DNA of 64,000 bases from Candidatus Moraniibacteriota bacterium. Lineage in GTDB: Bacteria > Patescibacteriota > Minisyncoccia > Moranbacterales > UBA1568. Position numbers and translations under genes: made by a program. Below are positions 50,377-59,844 of the stretch, piece after piece. Below the pieces are notes generated by a model. That model was not told the DNA's origin and did no database searches. It saw only the letters and a program-made list of their open reading frames with translations. The stretch lies in assembly GCA_963743885.1 (NCBI GenBank), contig CAVURJ010000001.1:76949-140948 (forward strand). The letters run 5' to 3'. Position 1 is the first letter of the stretch; each line of letters starts with the position of its first letter.

Positions 50377-50405
50377 TTGACATATATACTATATTGTAGT
50401 ATAAT
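50377..50405 (+). promoter_or_regulatory. Perfect sigma70 promoter TTGACA-N17-TATAAT
   Basis: ttgaca tatatactatattgtag tataat. Confidence 0.8.
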
Positions 50406-50456
50406 AATGCTCTGTCTACTATATACATGCTACCAAGATGATTTTCATTATTAACA

Positions 50457-50742
50457 AACGCTGGCCATCTGCGAGTTCTACGCGAGCTTAACAAAAGACA
50501 CTGAGCCCCAACACAAGCCTTGGATCTAATCCCTCTCCGCCTCTGGCAGAGAGTATTGACCAGATTTTACCTACGCTCCTCCGCCAGCTGGCGGACGGAA
50601 ACGAGAGTAAAATCTTGTTTCGCTCGCTTTGCTCGATAATTAAAAGACGGTGCTGGGCAGGTGCTTATCGAAAGGGGCTCGTGTCTTTCTACTACATCCG
50701 ATCAGCAGCGAGCTCCCTACGTCTCGACTTCGCAGCCCTCGT
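50457..50742 (+). repeat. Structured non-coding element, partly homologous to 53238-53350
   Basis: AAAGACACTGAGCCCC/GGGGCTCGTGTCTTT stem; shared GATTTTACCT.CGCTC and CGGAAACGAGAG. Confidence 0.6.
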
Positions 50743-50933
50743 TATTGTGGCACGCCTAGCCAATGTATTCGATATCATCCTCTTGGGCCTAATACACAAG
50801 GCTCGGTTTTTTTAAAACAACTTCATACCCCGTCCCGCCTACTAATCATCACTCGCAGTCTGACATAATCGTAAAATTGATACACACAGAAAAATATGTT
50901 ATACTTTCATTGTAAAAACAAGTAGCGACTCTT

Positions 50934-51926
50934 ATGAGCCGTAATGTTTCTTCTAGTACTGTCGGATCCGATGCGCGAGTGTCCCTTTTTGTATTTTCCA
51001 GCCTGCTTGTTTTTAGTGCAGTTTTTTTTATTTTTTCCGGAAGCGCTTCCGGGACATCAAATATTTTCCAAGATACCGACCAGGACGGCTTGAGCAACGA
51101 TGAAGAGAAGCTCTATGGGACCGACCCGAACAATCGGGACAGCGATAATGATGGGTATGGGGATGGAGTAGAAGTAGAAAGCGGATACGACCCTCTCAAG
51201 AAAGCCCCTGGAGATAAAATTACCCAAGAAGAATCGACCACTGCTACCATCTCACCAGCTGCTACCAATGATACTGCTACGTTGACTGACCGGGTGTCGA
51301 GCGAAATTGCTGCGGCGTTAAAGTCATCGGAAAGCGCCGAAGAACCGCTCACTATGGAACAGCTTAGCTCGTCTGTTCAGGAAATTCTCAGTGAAAACAC
51401 TCAGGAAATTACGTTGCCGGATATCGATGCCAGTACCATAAAAATCAAGAAGGTTTCAAAAAAACTTTCCGAAAAAAAACGCGAGGAGCAAGAGCGTGAA
51501 GATATCCTCGAGTATCTCACCGTGATGTCATATCTCGTTGCGAATAATTCACCAAAAGCATTCCACGAGGAAAGCGAGCTTGAGGATCTCGCTTCATCAA
51601 TATCAAGCGAATCGCTGACCGCACTGACCACTGGCAACCTATCCTACATCAATCAGCTCGCTGAAAAAGGAGAGAAGATTCTCAACGAAACGCGTGACAT
51701 CGAAGTGCCTGAAACAATGCTTGATACGCACGTCAAAGCTCTTAGGATTGCAACTTATGCCGTCAACCTCAAAGACTCGTCAGCATCGGTGCAAAACGAT
51801 CCTCTCGGGCAAATAGCGCTACTCTCAAAAACACAAGGACTGATCGGTGCCGCTTCATCACTTGGAGAAGAAATCCAGGGAAGGCTCTCAGGATACGGAA
51901 TCAAGAATATCCCAATCAGCCTCTGA
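50934..51926 (+). CDS. Membrane-anchored protein with bacterial thrombospondin type-3 (Ca-binding) repeats
   Basis: DTDQDGLSNDEE..YGTDP..DSDNDGYGDGVEV..GYDPL. Confidence 0.8.
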   Translation: MSRNVSSSTVGSDARVSLFVFSSLLVFSAVFFIFSGSASGTSNIFQDTDQDGLSNDEEKLYGTDPNNRDSDNDGYGDGVEVESGYDPLKKAPGDKITQEESTTATISPAATNDTATLTDRVSSEIAAALKSSESAEEPLTMEQLSSSVQEILSENTQEITLPDIDASTIKIKKVSKKLSEKKREEQEREDILEYLTVMSYLVANNSPKAFHEESELEDLASSISSESLTALTTGNLSYINQLAEKGEKILNETRDIEVPETMLDTHVKALRIATYAVNLKDSSASVQNDPLGQIALLSKTQGLIGAASSLGEEIQGRLSGYGIKNIPISL

Positions 51927-51931
51927 ATACT

Positions 51932-53212
51932 ATGCGGCTATCGCAAAAAAACAATCTTTTCATGCGAATACCCCGAGCGGTTCTGTTTTCTAGCTGCCTT
52001 GTCATCATAATCGGCTTCGCTCCAAATGCTTCTGCTGGCGTTTGGGGAGAAACATTCTCAGCTACCATATGGAAGCAGGTGATGGAAGTCGCCTACACGC
52101 AAATACAGGGCATGATGCTAGGAGCCCTCAAATCAGCAGCCATGCAAGCTCTTAATCAGCAAGTAAACCAATTGATTGGCGGTTCATCTTCCAGCAAAGC
52201 TTTATTTATCACGAACTACGAGACCTTCCTCTACCAGGACCCGCTCCAAAAAACCAACCTCTACATGAACGATTTCTTTACGCTCACAACACGCGGGAAG
52301 GGAGCTTCATCAAACTACATCAGCTCAGGAACTGGGGCGTTTAGCAATTATGCCGGACATATTGTCGATATCGGGAAAAAATCAACTATCAATCAGACTG
52401 TGCCAACATATGATCTCGACAATTACTGCGATATTCCGGGAGAAATCACGTCCTTCCAATGCTTCTCGGGTATGTTTAAAAATCCGATGAATAATGATTT
52501 CGGATCTTCGCTGATATTTCAATCTGCATACCAAAGCCAATCCATAAAAAACCAGCGTATAGCCGAAGTCGAAGCGCAATCATCAGGGTTCCTCGGCTCA
52601 AAAAAGGGGAATCAAGTCGTCGCGCCAGCAGGGACTATCGAGGCTATGGCTGGAAAGGTACAGAATATAGGGAGCGACCTCATCGCATCCGCTACGAACC
52701 CCGGGGAACTCGTCTCGAGCGCCGTCGCCGCCATGGCATCGCAAATGATCAATCGACTCGTACAGCAAGGCATCGGACAAGCGCAAGCCAACATGCAACG
52801 GGAGATTTCTAACGTTTCAAGCGAAATAAACACATCCAGAAGTGACGCTATGCGCAATAGCGGTCCGGGAGCGGTCTTTTCTCCGGTCATGGCCCAACGG
52901 ACATCGGTGCGTATCAATCCGAACACTCCTGCACCGCCAGTTGCTTCATCGACCATATCGCCTTGTTCCGGATTCGGCGGCTCTTCCGGAAGTTGTGCTC
53001 CGGCAGCAACGTGTACAAACGGATACAGCGAGTCTGGTTGTGGCAGCGGTCTCGTCTGCTGCTACAATCCGCCAGCGGGAACTGGCCTCGCTGTCGGCTT
53101 GCCATGTTCCTCATACGGGAAAGCTTCAACGTGCCAAAAATCATCTTCATGCAGCCATGGATATACGATTGGTGGTTGTGAAGATGGACTTGTCTGCTGC
53201 TACAACCCGTGA
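51932..53212 (+). CDS. Secreted helical protein with two C-terminal six-Cys repeats
   Basis: Signal peptide; two repeats ending GC..GLVCCYNP. Confidence 0.75.
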   Translation: MRLSQKNNLFMRIPRAVLFSSCLVIIIGFAPNASAGVWGETFSATIWKQVMEVAYTQIQGMMLGALKSAAMQALNQQVNQLIGGSSSSKALFITNYETFLYQDPLQKTNLYMNDFFTLTTRGKGASSNYISSGTGAFSNYAGHIVDIGKKSTINQTVPTYDLDNYCDIPGEITSFQCFSGMFKNPMNNDFGSSLIFQSAYQSQSIKNQRIAEVEAQSSGFLGSKKGNQVVAPAGTIEAMAGKVQNIGSDLIASATNPGELVSSAVAAMASQMINRLVQQGIGQAQANMQREISNVSSEINTSRSDAMRNSGPGAVFSPVMAQRTSVRINPNTPAPPVASSTISPCSGFGGSSGSCAPAATCTNGYSESGCGSGLVCCYNPPAGTGLAVGLPCSSYGKASTCQKSSSCSHGYTIGGCEDGLVCCYNP

Positions 53213-53237
53213 TTCTTTCTCAAAGGACACCCATAAC

Positions 53238-53380
53238 GGGTATTGGACCCGATTTTACCTGCGCTCTCTTCGAGTCTGAGCCTCAGAGTCGATGACCGCT
53301 CGGAAACGAGAGCAAGCTCTCGTTTCACTCCCTACACTTGGTAATCAAAAGCGCCCCGAGCTTGTCGAAGGGCGCTTTTG
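53238..53380. repeat. Second copy of structured element plus terminator-like hairpin with REP-like core
   Basis: Homology to 50551-50645; CAAAAGCGCCC..GGGCGCTTTTG. Confidence 0.6.
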
Positions 53381-53471
53381 TATATATGGTGGGTGATACT
53401 GGATTCCCTGGCTGCTCGCCTCGATGAGGCATCGGGCGAAGCGGTCCGACAGGCAGGGAACCAGTGACTTC

Positions 53472-53598
53472 ATCCCTCACTTGAATACCTTACGGGTGGG
53501 TCTGCCCAGATTCGAACTGGGGACCTCTACAATGTCAATGTAGCGCTCTAACCAACTGAGCTACAGACCCGAAAAATAAAGGTATTCAAGTGAGGGAT
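53472..53598. mobile_element. 20-bp perfect inverted-repeat cassette carrying a tRNA
   Basis: ATCCCTCACTTGAATACCTT (53472-91) and AAGGTATTCAAGTGAGGGAT (53579-98). Confidence 0.75.
53497..53570 (-). tRNA. tRNA-Val(GAC), intact, nested
   Basis: GGGTCTG/CAGACCC-A, CTACA-TTGACAT-TGTAG, CCCAG-TTCGAAT-CTGGG. Confidence 0.95.
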
Positions 53599-53673
53599 CA
53601 ATGTGACGCTCTACTAACCCCAGCCCAAGGCTGGTCCGCCTCGGGCGGAAACTGAGCTCATCACTCCGAAAAC

Positions 53674-54540
53674 TTACGCCGCCGGCATGCTCGGATCGAG
53701 CACGTGTTCACCGGAAGCGAGCTTTTCACTATCCCTTTCTGAAGCAAGATCCTCAAAAAATCTCAAGGAAAGCGCTTGGTCGAAGACCATGAACCAGACA
53801 AACCCGATAAACCCGATACCGAGGACTATCTGCTCAGAAAAAGGCACCAAACCGACTTTCATGAAAAGGGAACTAGTACCCAGCATAGCGGCATTCAGGA
53901 AAAAAGTAAAGACTGCCGCTACCGCTATGGAGAATATCCAGAAGCCGAGGCTTCTTAGAAAAAACTTCGAGAAAAGCGCCGCGCCGCGATCCACTGAGGA
54001 GCGGAGTCTAAGCGGCGAAAGCAGGTGATAGAACAATCCATACTGCCGAATGAACGAGATGACAAGCGCGACAGGAAGAAACGCGACGATGCTCAAGAGA
54101 GCTGCTCCTTCGAAGGCTCCACGATTACTCAAAAGCGCGAGGAGCGGTGGGGCCGCGAAGATGAACGCGAGCACACAGAGCGCCGCTCCGGCCGTCACAT
54201 CCACAGCGAGCGTCTTGATAAAACGGCTGATCATCTCGCCCATCCTGAAGCCCATCCTGCGAGTAGAAAGCGCTGCGATCAGGTTGGCCTGACCGAACGC
54301 ATGCGCAAGGAGCAGAAGGAGAAACCCACCCGTAGCGATAGCTGTGTGCTCGACCCAAAAATCCCTCAAGGCCAGAGCGGCGCCCCCAGAAGCCGGCTGT
54401 TGCCAAAGAGCCTGCGCGACAAGCTGCTCCGCCATCATGCCGGAAGCGACCAGCATGCCGAAAAAGAGCGTCGGCGCTTTAGGCGTTGATGCCTTCCACG
54501 CCTGCGATACGAGTTCGGAAAACGGAGCCTTCTCCATCAT
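53674..54540 (-). CDS. Polytopic membrane hypothetical protein
   Basis: About six hydrophobic segments; coupled to ftsH stop. Confidence 0.7.
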   Translation of the reverse strand: MMEKAPFSELVSQAWKASTPKAPTLFFGMLVASGMMAEQLVAQALWQQPASGGAALALRDFWVEHTAIATGGFLLLLLAHAFGQANLIAALSTRRMGFRMGEMISRFIKTLAVDVTAGAALCVLAFIFAAPPLLALLSNRGAFEGAALLSIVAFLPVALVISFIRQYGLFYHLLSPLRLRSSVDRGAALFSKFFLRSLGFWIFSIAVAAVFTFFLNAAMLGTSSLFMKVGLVPFSEQIVLGIGFIGFVWFMVFDQALSLRFFEDLASERDSEKLASGEHVLDPSMPAA

Positions 54541-54555
54541 AGTCCCGATATATGA

Positions 54556-56400
54556 TCAGACAGCAGCAGGGGTCTTGCCGACAATCCGATCGAATTCATC
54601 CTTCTCAAGCGTCTCCTTCTCAAGGAGCGTCTGAGCAATTGTATCGAGCAAAGCACGCTTCTCAACAAGGATATCCATCGCGCGCTTGAGAGCACCGTCG
54701 ACAAGATGCGATACCTCGGCATCGATATCCTGTGCGGTCTTCTCGGAATAATCCCGTTCCTCGTGCATCTCACGACCGAGAAAGACGAGCTCTTCCTTCT
54801 TGCCGAAGGTACGGGCGCCGAGACGGCTCATGCCATACCGAGTCACCATGCCGCGCGCCATCTGCGTCGCGCGTTCGAGATCATTCGACGGGCCGGTTGT
54901 CGTGTCGTTGAAGATAAGCTTCTCGCTCGCATACCCACCGAGAAGTACCGCCAACTCATCGAGGAAATATTCTCTCGAATGAAGCATCTTGTCCTCTTCT
55001 GGGACCGCCAGCGTATACCCGCCTGCATGGCCGCGGGAGATGATGGAAACTTTCTGGATCGGGTCAGCATTCACGAGGCTCGTGCCGACGAGCGCGTGGC
55101 CGCCCTCATGATACGCGATGATCTCCTTTTCTTTCTTGTTGATAGCGCGGCTGCGGCGTTCCGGACCGAGGATAACCTTCTCGATAGACTCAGTCAGCTC
55201 ATCCATACCAATCGTCTTGTGTTCACGACGGGTCGCGAGAATCGCACCTTCGTTCACGAGGTTGGCAAGGTCGGCACCAGAGAATCCTGGCGTGCGTTCA
55301 GCCAGGCGGCGGAGTTTCACATCTTCTGCAAGCGGCTTTCCCTTCACATGGATCGCGAGAATCTGCTCTCGTTCATTGATATCGGGCAAGTCCATCGTGA
55401 CGCGCCGATCGAAGCGTCCTGGGCGGAGCAGCGCTGGGTCAAGAACATCAGGGCGGTTGGTCGCTGCGATGACGATGACGCTCGTGTCCGTCTCAAAACC
55501 ATCCATCTCGACTAGGATCTGGTTGAGCGTCTGCTCACGTTCATCGTGCCCGCCACCGAGACCGGCACCGCGATGGCGGCCGACAGCATCGATCTCATCG
55601 ATGAAGACGATGGCCGGAGCACTCTTCTTCGCCTGCTTGAAAAGATCGCGCACGCGGCTCGCGCCAACACCGACGAACATCTCCACGAACTCGCTGCCGC
55701 TGATATTGAAGAAGGGGACACCGGCTTCGCCAGCGACCGCCTTGGCCATGAGCGTCTTGCCGGTGCCGGGAGGGCCGAGGAGCAACACCCCCTTCGGGAT
55801 CTTCGCTCCCATATTGAGGAACTTCTTCGGATGCTTGAGGAACTCAACAATCTCCTCGAGCTCGGTCTTCGCTTCTTGCGCGCCGGCCACATCCTTGAAC
55901 ATAATCCGCTTCTTCTTGTCTTTCGGGTCAAGCATGCGAGCCCGGCTCATACCGAATGACATCGCCTGCGCGTTGCCACGCTGCGCCTGGCGCATCATGA
56001 ACCAGATGAACGCCGCAATCAGGATGAAGGGGAGGAGAAACGGTAAAATGGCTGCCGCCCAAAACGACGCGCCGGATTCTTCCTTGATATCGATGCTCAC
56101 GCCCTTGAGCTTTTCCTTATCAACGCCATAATTGCCGAGCGTCTCGGTAAGCGAGCTCTCAGACTCCTTGTTTGCCTTCTGCTGTTTACCTTCCTCCACG
56201 AGCGCCACTTCGAGCGCATTACCGGAAACAGCTATCGATTTCACTTTACCCTGGTTGATCTCTTCTACGAGCTCAGAAAGCGAGACTTCGGCCGGCTTCT
56301 CCTCCGGAGACTGGTAGAGCACGAATATGCCCGAGATGAGGAGGAATATCAGAATGAACGTCGAGAGATTCTTGAGCATCTTTTCCATATGTTTCTGCAA
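54556..56400 (-). CDS. ftsH: ATP-dependent zinc metalloprotease FtsH
   Basis: Two TMs, [28 protein letters not shown]. Confidence 0.97.
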   Translation of the reverse strand: MQKHMEKMLKNLSTFILIFLLISGIFVLYQSPEEKPAEVSLSELVEEINQGKVKSIAVSGNALEVALVEEGKQQKANKESESSLTETLGNYGVDKEKLKGVSIDIKEESGASFWAAAILPFLLPFILIAAFIWFMMRQAQRGNAQAMSFGMSRARMLDPKDKKKRIMFKDVAGAQEAKTELEEIVEFLKHPKKFLNMGAKIPKGVLLLGPPGTGKTLMAKAVAGEAGVPFFNISGSEFVEMFVGVGASRVRDLFKQAKKSAPAIVFIDEIDAVGRHRGAGLGGGHDEREQTLNQILVEMDGFETDTSVIVIAATNRPDVLDPALLRPGRFDRRVTMDLPDINEREQILAIHVKGKPLAEDVKLRRLAERTPGFSGADLANLVNEGAILATRREHKTIGMDELTESIEKVILGPERRSRAINKKEKEIIAYHEGGHALVGTSLVNADPIQKVSIISRGHAGGYTLAVPEEDKMLHSREYFLDELAVLLGGYASEKLIFNDTTTGPSNDLERATQMARGMVTRYGMSRLGARTFGKKEELVFLGREMHEERDYSEKTAQDIDAEVSHLVDGALKRAMDILVEKRALLDTIAQTLLEKETLEKDEFDRIVGKTPAAV

Positions 56401-56409
56401 AAATATCGA

Positions 56410-57468
56410 TTAGTGGGCTGAATTGAGCAGTGTTACTGTATCACCTTTCCGCTCCAGTTTCAACCCTCGCACTGTGACGGATTGCGTTTTCTTCTTTTCG
56501 CTCCGCAGAGCCTTCAGCCATTCATCCATAACGCCTTTTTCCGGCATCTTCCCATCAGAAAACACCGCAAAAAGAGCCCGGAGCTCACGCAAGAGCAACG
56601 CCGGTGGCAAAGCAAGCGCTTCCGACCTTGAAAACGCCACTTTTCCAGCCTTCCAGGCAAGCGTAAGCGCCCCCTGTGAAGTCTTATTGGCCAGCTCATA
56701 ATCAGAAGCAATGACCGCGGCAGAACGCGCCAGAACCTTACGGATATTCGGCTGGAAATCACGCTCGAGAAGTGGGATAAGCTCATGGCGGATCCTATTG
56801 CGCATGAACCGACGGTCTCCATTGCTTTCATCCTCGCGATAGGGGAGACCGCGTTCTTCGAGGTACTGGAGGATATCCTGCCGGCTCATGGATAAAAGCG
56901 GGCGGATGATAGCTCCACTTTGTGAGCGCATCGCGGCAAGCCCCTGGAGCCCGGCTCCGCGGAGCAGCCGGAGAAGCACTGTTTCTGCTTGATCGTCCTC
57001 ATGATGGGCGACCGCCACTCGTCCGTACCCGAGTTTCTTGCGCAACCGCTCAAAAAACGCATATCGTTCATCACGAAGCGTCTCTTCAAGGTTCCCTTTC
57101 ACAGTCTTTTTCGGGCGGAAGACCGTACAGGGGATATCATAAGCCGCCGCTCGCTCGCGGACCAGCACTTCATCCAAGTCTGACGCCGCACCACGCAGCC
57201 GATAATTCACATGTGCGATATGAAGTTGGAACGCCTGCTTTTCAGCCAGCGCAGCCAGTACATCGAGGAGACAGAGACTGTCTGGGCCACCGGAAACGCC
57301 GATAATGAGGCCTTCTCCTGGTTTCCACAAGGCCTGCGTATGGGCCGCATTCTGGACACGTCGTAAAAAAGCCCGCGCAAACGGCGAAAATACCCGCTTA
57401 GATCGCGGCGTGCTGCTTGATAATCGAGGCGACTTTCTCGATCGCTTCGTCAAGCTTTCCTTGCTCAT
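56410..57468 (-). CDS. tilS: tRNA(Ile)-lysidine synthetase (start uncertain, overlaps gmk end)
   Basis: SGGPDS, HVNYRLR, AHHEDDQAET, IRPLL, DESN, RNRIR. Confidence 0.93.
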   Translation of the reverse strand: MSKESLTKRSRKSPRLSSSTPRSKRVFSPFARAFLRRVQNAAHTQALWKPGEGLIIGVSGGPDSLCLLDVLAALAEKQAFQLHIAHVNYRLRGAASDLDEVLVRERAAAYDIPCTVFRPKKTVKGNLEETLRDERYAFFERLRKKLGYGRVAVAHHEDDQAETVLLRLLRGAGLQGLAAMRSQSGAIIRPLLSMSRQDILQYLEERGLPYREDESNGDRRFMRNRIRHELIPLLERDFQPNIRKVLARSAAVIASDYELANKTSQGALTLAWKAGKVAFSRSEALALPPALLLRELRALFAVFSDGKMPEKGVMDEWLKALRSEKKKTQSVTVRGLKLERKGDTVTLLNSAH

Positions 57469-57958
57469 TTTCGACGGTGTAGTCATAGATATCAGTATGT
57501 TTGAGCCATTCTTCCGTATATGCCATCCGCTCACGCATGAATGCTTCAGATGGGTTGTCTCGCCGGCGGATACGCTCTTCAAGGACATCGAGCGGGGCAG
57601 ATATCATGATGGCTATGATGCCTGGGTAGAGCTTCTTCGCTGTTTCAACGCCTTTATACTCTATTTTCCAGATACCTATCTTCCCGGATTGCTCCAAACG
57701 GTCCAGTTCCTGTCTCGTTATACCGTACAGGTTACCATTGTATTGCTCGGCATGCTCCACGAACTCGCCCTGAGCAAGCCTCTGCTCGAATACTTCTTTC
57801 GACACGAAGTAGTACGGATTCCCGTCACTTTCGCCAGGGCGCATCGCCCTCGTCGTAGTCGTAACAGCTCTTTCCACTGGGAAAAGCTCAGAAATACCGT
57901 TTATTATCGAATCCTCTCCTGCTCCGGAAGGTCCGGAAATAATGAATACGTTTTGCAT
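57398..57958 (-). CDS. gmk: Guanylate kinase
   Basis: ISGPSGAGEDS, TTTTRAMRPGE, YYFVS, GNLYG. Confidence 0.92.
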   Translation of the reverse strand: MQNVFIISGPSGAGEDSIINGISELFPVERAVTTTTRAMRPGESDGNPYYFVSKEVFEQRLAQGEFVEHAEQYNGNLYGITRQELDRLEQSGKIGIWKIEYKGVETAKKLYPGIIAIMISAPLDVLEERIRRRDNPSEAFMRERMAYTEEWLKHTDIYDYTVENEQGKLDEAIEKVASIIKQHAAI

Positions 57959-57988
57959 ACTACTGCTTAGTTTTTGACTAAAAGTTAC

Positions 57989-58146
57989 GTTTCCGGAAAG
58001 AAACTCTTTTTGAAGAAAAAGAAAAACTCGTCGCCCTTGTTTCCAACGAAGTATTTCCCTCATTCTTCACAGCCCAAGGAAATCCTTCGAGAAACAAGGG
58101 CGTCTCAGACAGTTTCTTTTTCTTAAAAAGACATCTTTCCAGAAAC
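57989..58146 (-). repeat. ~157-bp hairpin repeat, copy D (inverted)
   Basis: Reverse complement aligns with copies A-C. Confidence 0.9.
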
Positions 58147-58198
58147 GCCTCTTGCTTTGTATCAAAACATCCGCCAAGTGGCGGATGTTTCTGCTATC

Positions 58199-59368
58199 TT
58201 AAGCCTCTTTTTCCTCCTTCTTCACCTTAGCGCCCTCCTTCACAGGCAGGAGGCCCATGCGGTGGCTCTTCGGCTCGATAGAGAGGATGGTCCAAGTGTA
58301 GGCCTCACCTTCCTTGAAGACTTCTTCGATACGCTTGCCAGGGTAGACATCCTGGAACTCGCTCACGTGCGCGAGGCCATGGATATCCTTGTCGAGATAG
58401 ACGAACGCTCCGAAATGGTTGATCTTGTCCACCTTGCCCGGAACGATATCACCGACCTTGTACTTCTCGAGTACGCTCTCCCATGGGTCCTTCTTGAGCG
58501 CCTTCATCGAGAGAGAGATGCGGCTATCCTCAATACCGATGATCTTGGCCTGCACCGCCTCACCCGTCTTGATCATATCGCGCGGGTTATCGATGAGCTG
58601 CCAAGCGAGCTCTGAGATATGCACGAGGCCTTCGAGCTTCTCCATGCGACGCTTGCCGTCACCCTGCTCTGGAAGCGAGAACTTCACGAAGGCACCGAAA
58701 TCGACGACACCACTCACTTCGCCGTCGACGACATCGCCGACGCGGAGGAGATTGATGAGCTCCTTCTCTTTTTCGCTCTGTGCAGCCTTTTCAGAAGCGA
58801 TAAGCTTCTCGCTCTCGCGATCAGCATCAAGGATGCGGACCTGGATCTCCTGGCCAATAAGCTTCTTCAAAAGGTCGAGGATCTTGTTCTTGTCGCCATC
58901 CTCAACGCGCGGATAGTGCTCGCTTGAGAGCTGGGAAACCGGGATAAAGCCCGGGATGCCGTTGACCTCGATCATGAGACCACCCTTGTTGGCCTCGATC
59001 ACCTTGGTGCCGATCACCTCGCGGCCGGTCAGCTTGCGTTCGATATCCTCCCACGACTTCTCATACGACGCTTCGCGGATAGACAGCTCGATATAGCCAT
59101 CCTCGTTCTCATAATCCATGAGAGTCGCGCTCACTGTCGTGCCGACTTTCAGCTTGCCCTCCGGTCCGAGACCATCACGCATCTCTTTGCCCAGCACGAT
59201 ACCAGTGCCCATCGGGCCAAGGTCAACCAAAGCCGAGCTTGGGGCGACAAATACCACCGTACCCTGCACGACATCGCCGATGCTTGGGATTTCTACAACA
59301 TGCTTCGTCAAAAGCTCTTCCATCGGGGAAAGGCTTGTTTCAGCTATTTCCTGTCCTGTCTTCGTCAT
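58199..59368 (-). CDS. rpsA: 30S ribosomal protein S1 (four S1 domains)
   Basis: GFIPVSQL, DFGAFV, GLVHISEL, GLAHVSE. Confidence 0.9.
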   Translation of the reverse strand: MTKTGQEIAETSLSPMEELLTKHVVEIPSIGDVVQGTVVFVAPSSALVDLGPMGTGIVLGKEMRDGLGPEGKLKVGTTVSATLMDYENEDGYIELSIREASYEKSWEDIERKLTGREVIGTKVIEANKGGLMIEVNGIPGFIPVSQLSSEHYPRVEDGDKNKILDLLKKLIGQEIQVRILDADRESEKLIASEKAAQSEKEKELINLLRVGDVVDGEVSGVVDFGAFVKFSLPEQGDGKRRMEKLEGLVHISELAWQLIDNPRDMIKTGEAVQAKIIGIEDSRISLSMKALKKDPWESVLEKYKVGDIVPGKVDKINHFGAFVYLDKDIHGLAHVSEFQDVYPGKRIEEVFKEGEAYTWTILSIEPKSHRMGLLPVKEGAKVKKEEKEA

Positions 59369-59736
59369 ATATTTCTTCTCTCTTGCGCGGAAACCGGGAA
59401 ACCGTGCGTTATTGAGTTAAAAACCGGATTTTTATCTTCAAAAAGCAAAAAACACCATTTCAAAATCGGGTGTTTCAGGGAACATTCTCTAGCAGAGGCT
59501 TATTACAGCCACTTCTTAGGTTGTGTTAGCTGATTACCCTTCTTCAGAACTTTTCCAAGTATACCTGAAGCTTTTCTTTTTGGCAAGCCCTATTAGAGCC
59601 CTGTCAAATTTTTTCATTACCTAATAAACTTTCACCCTTATCGGGACATTTTTCCTCAACAGGCTAGGGAGATCCGTACTCTAATAAGGCAAGCCCCGCT
59701 CCTATAAAATCCTTTCCCTTAAGGATCTCTCTATAA

Positions 59737-59813
59737 TTATCCACTTATACACCGGTTATTCACTATTCCCCAGTATCTAGAGGCTCGTTCAGTTATCCAC
59801 CACGTGCTATAAT
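59737..59813 (+). promoter_or_regulatory. dnaA promoter region with DnaA-box-like 9-mers
   Basis: TTATCCACT 59737 and 59756, TTATACACC 59745, TTATCCACC 59793; TGcTATAAT ending 59813. Confidence 0.75.
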
Positions 59814-59844
59814 GGCTCGTACTGCTGATATTTTCCCTCACCTT

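Larger units (their letters stand above)
53387..53666 (-). pseudogene. Interrupted tRNA-Val-like gene with insertions in D-loop, anticodon loop and T-loop
   Basis: Removing inserts gives GAGTGATGAGCTCAGT..TAGTAGAGCGTCACATTGA..TGAAGTCACTGGTTCGAATCCAGTATCACCCACCA. Confidence 0.85.

Noticed and set aside
57959-58063. N-terminal extension of gmk (and of UDG at 46310-46348)
   Set aside because: Reads into the 157-bp repeat.
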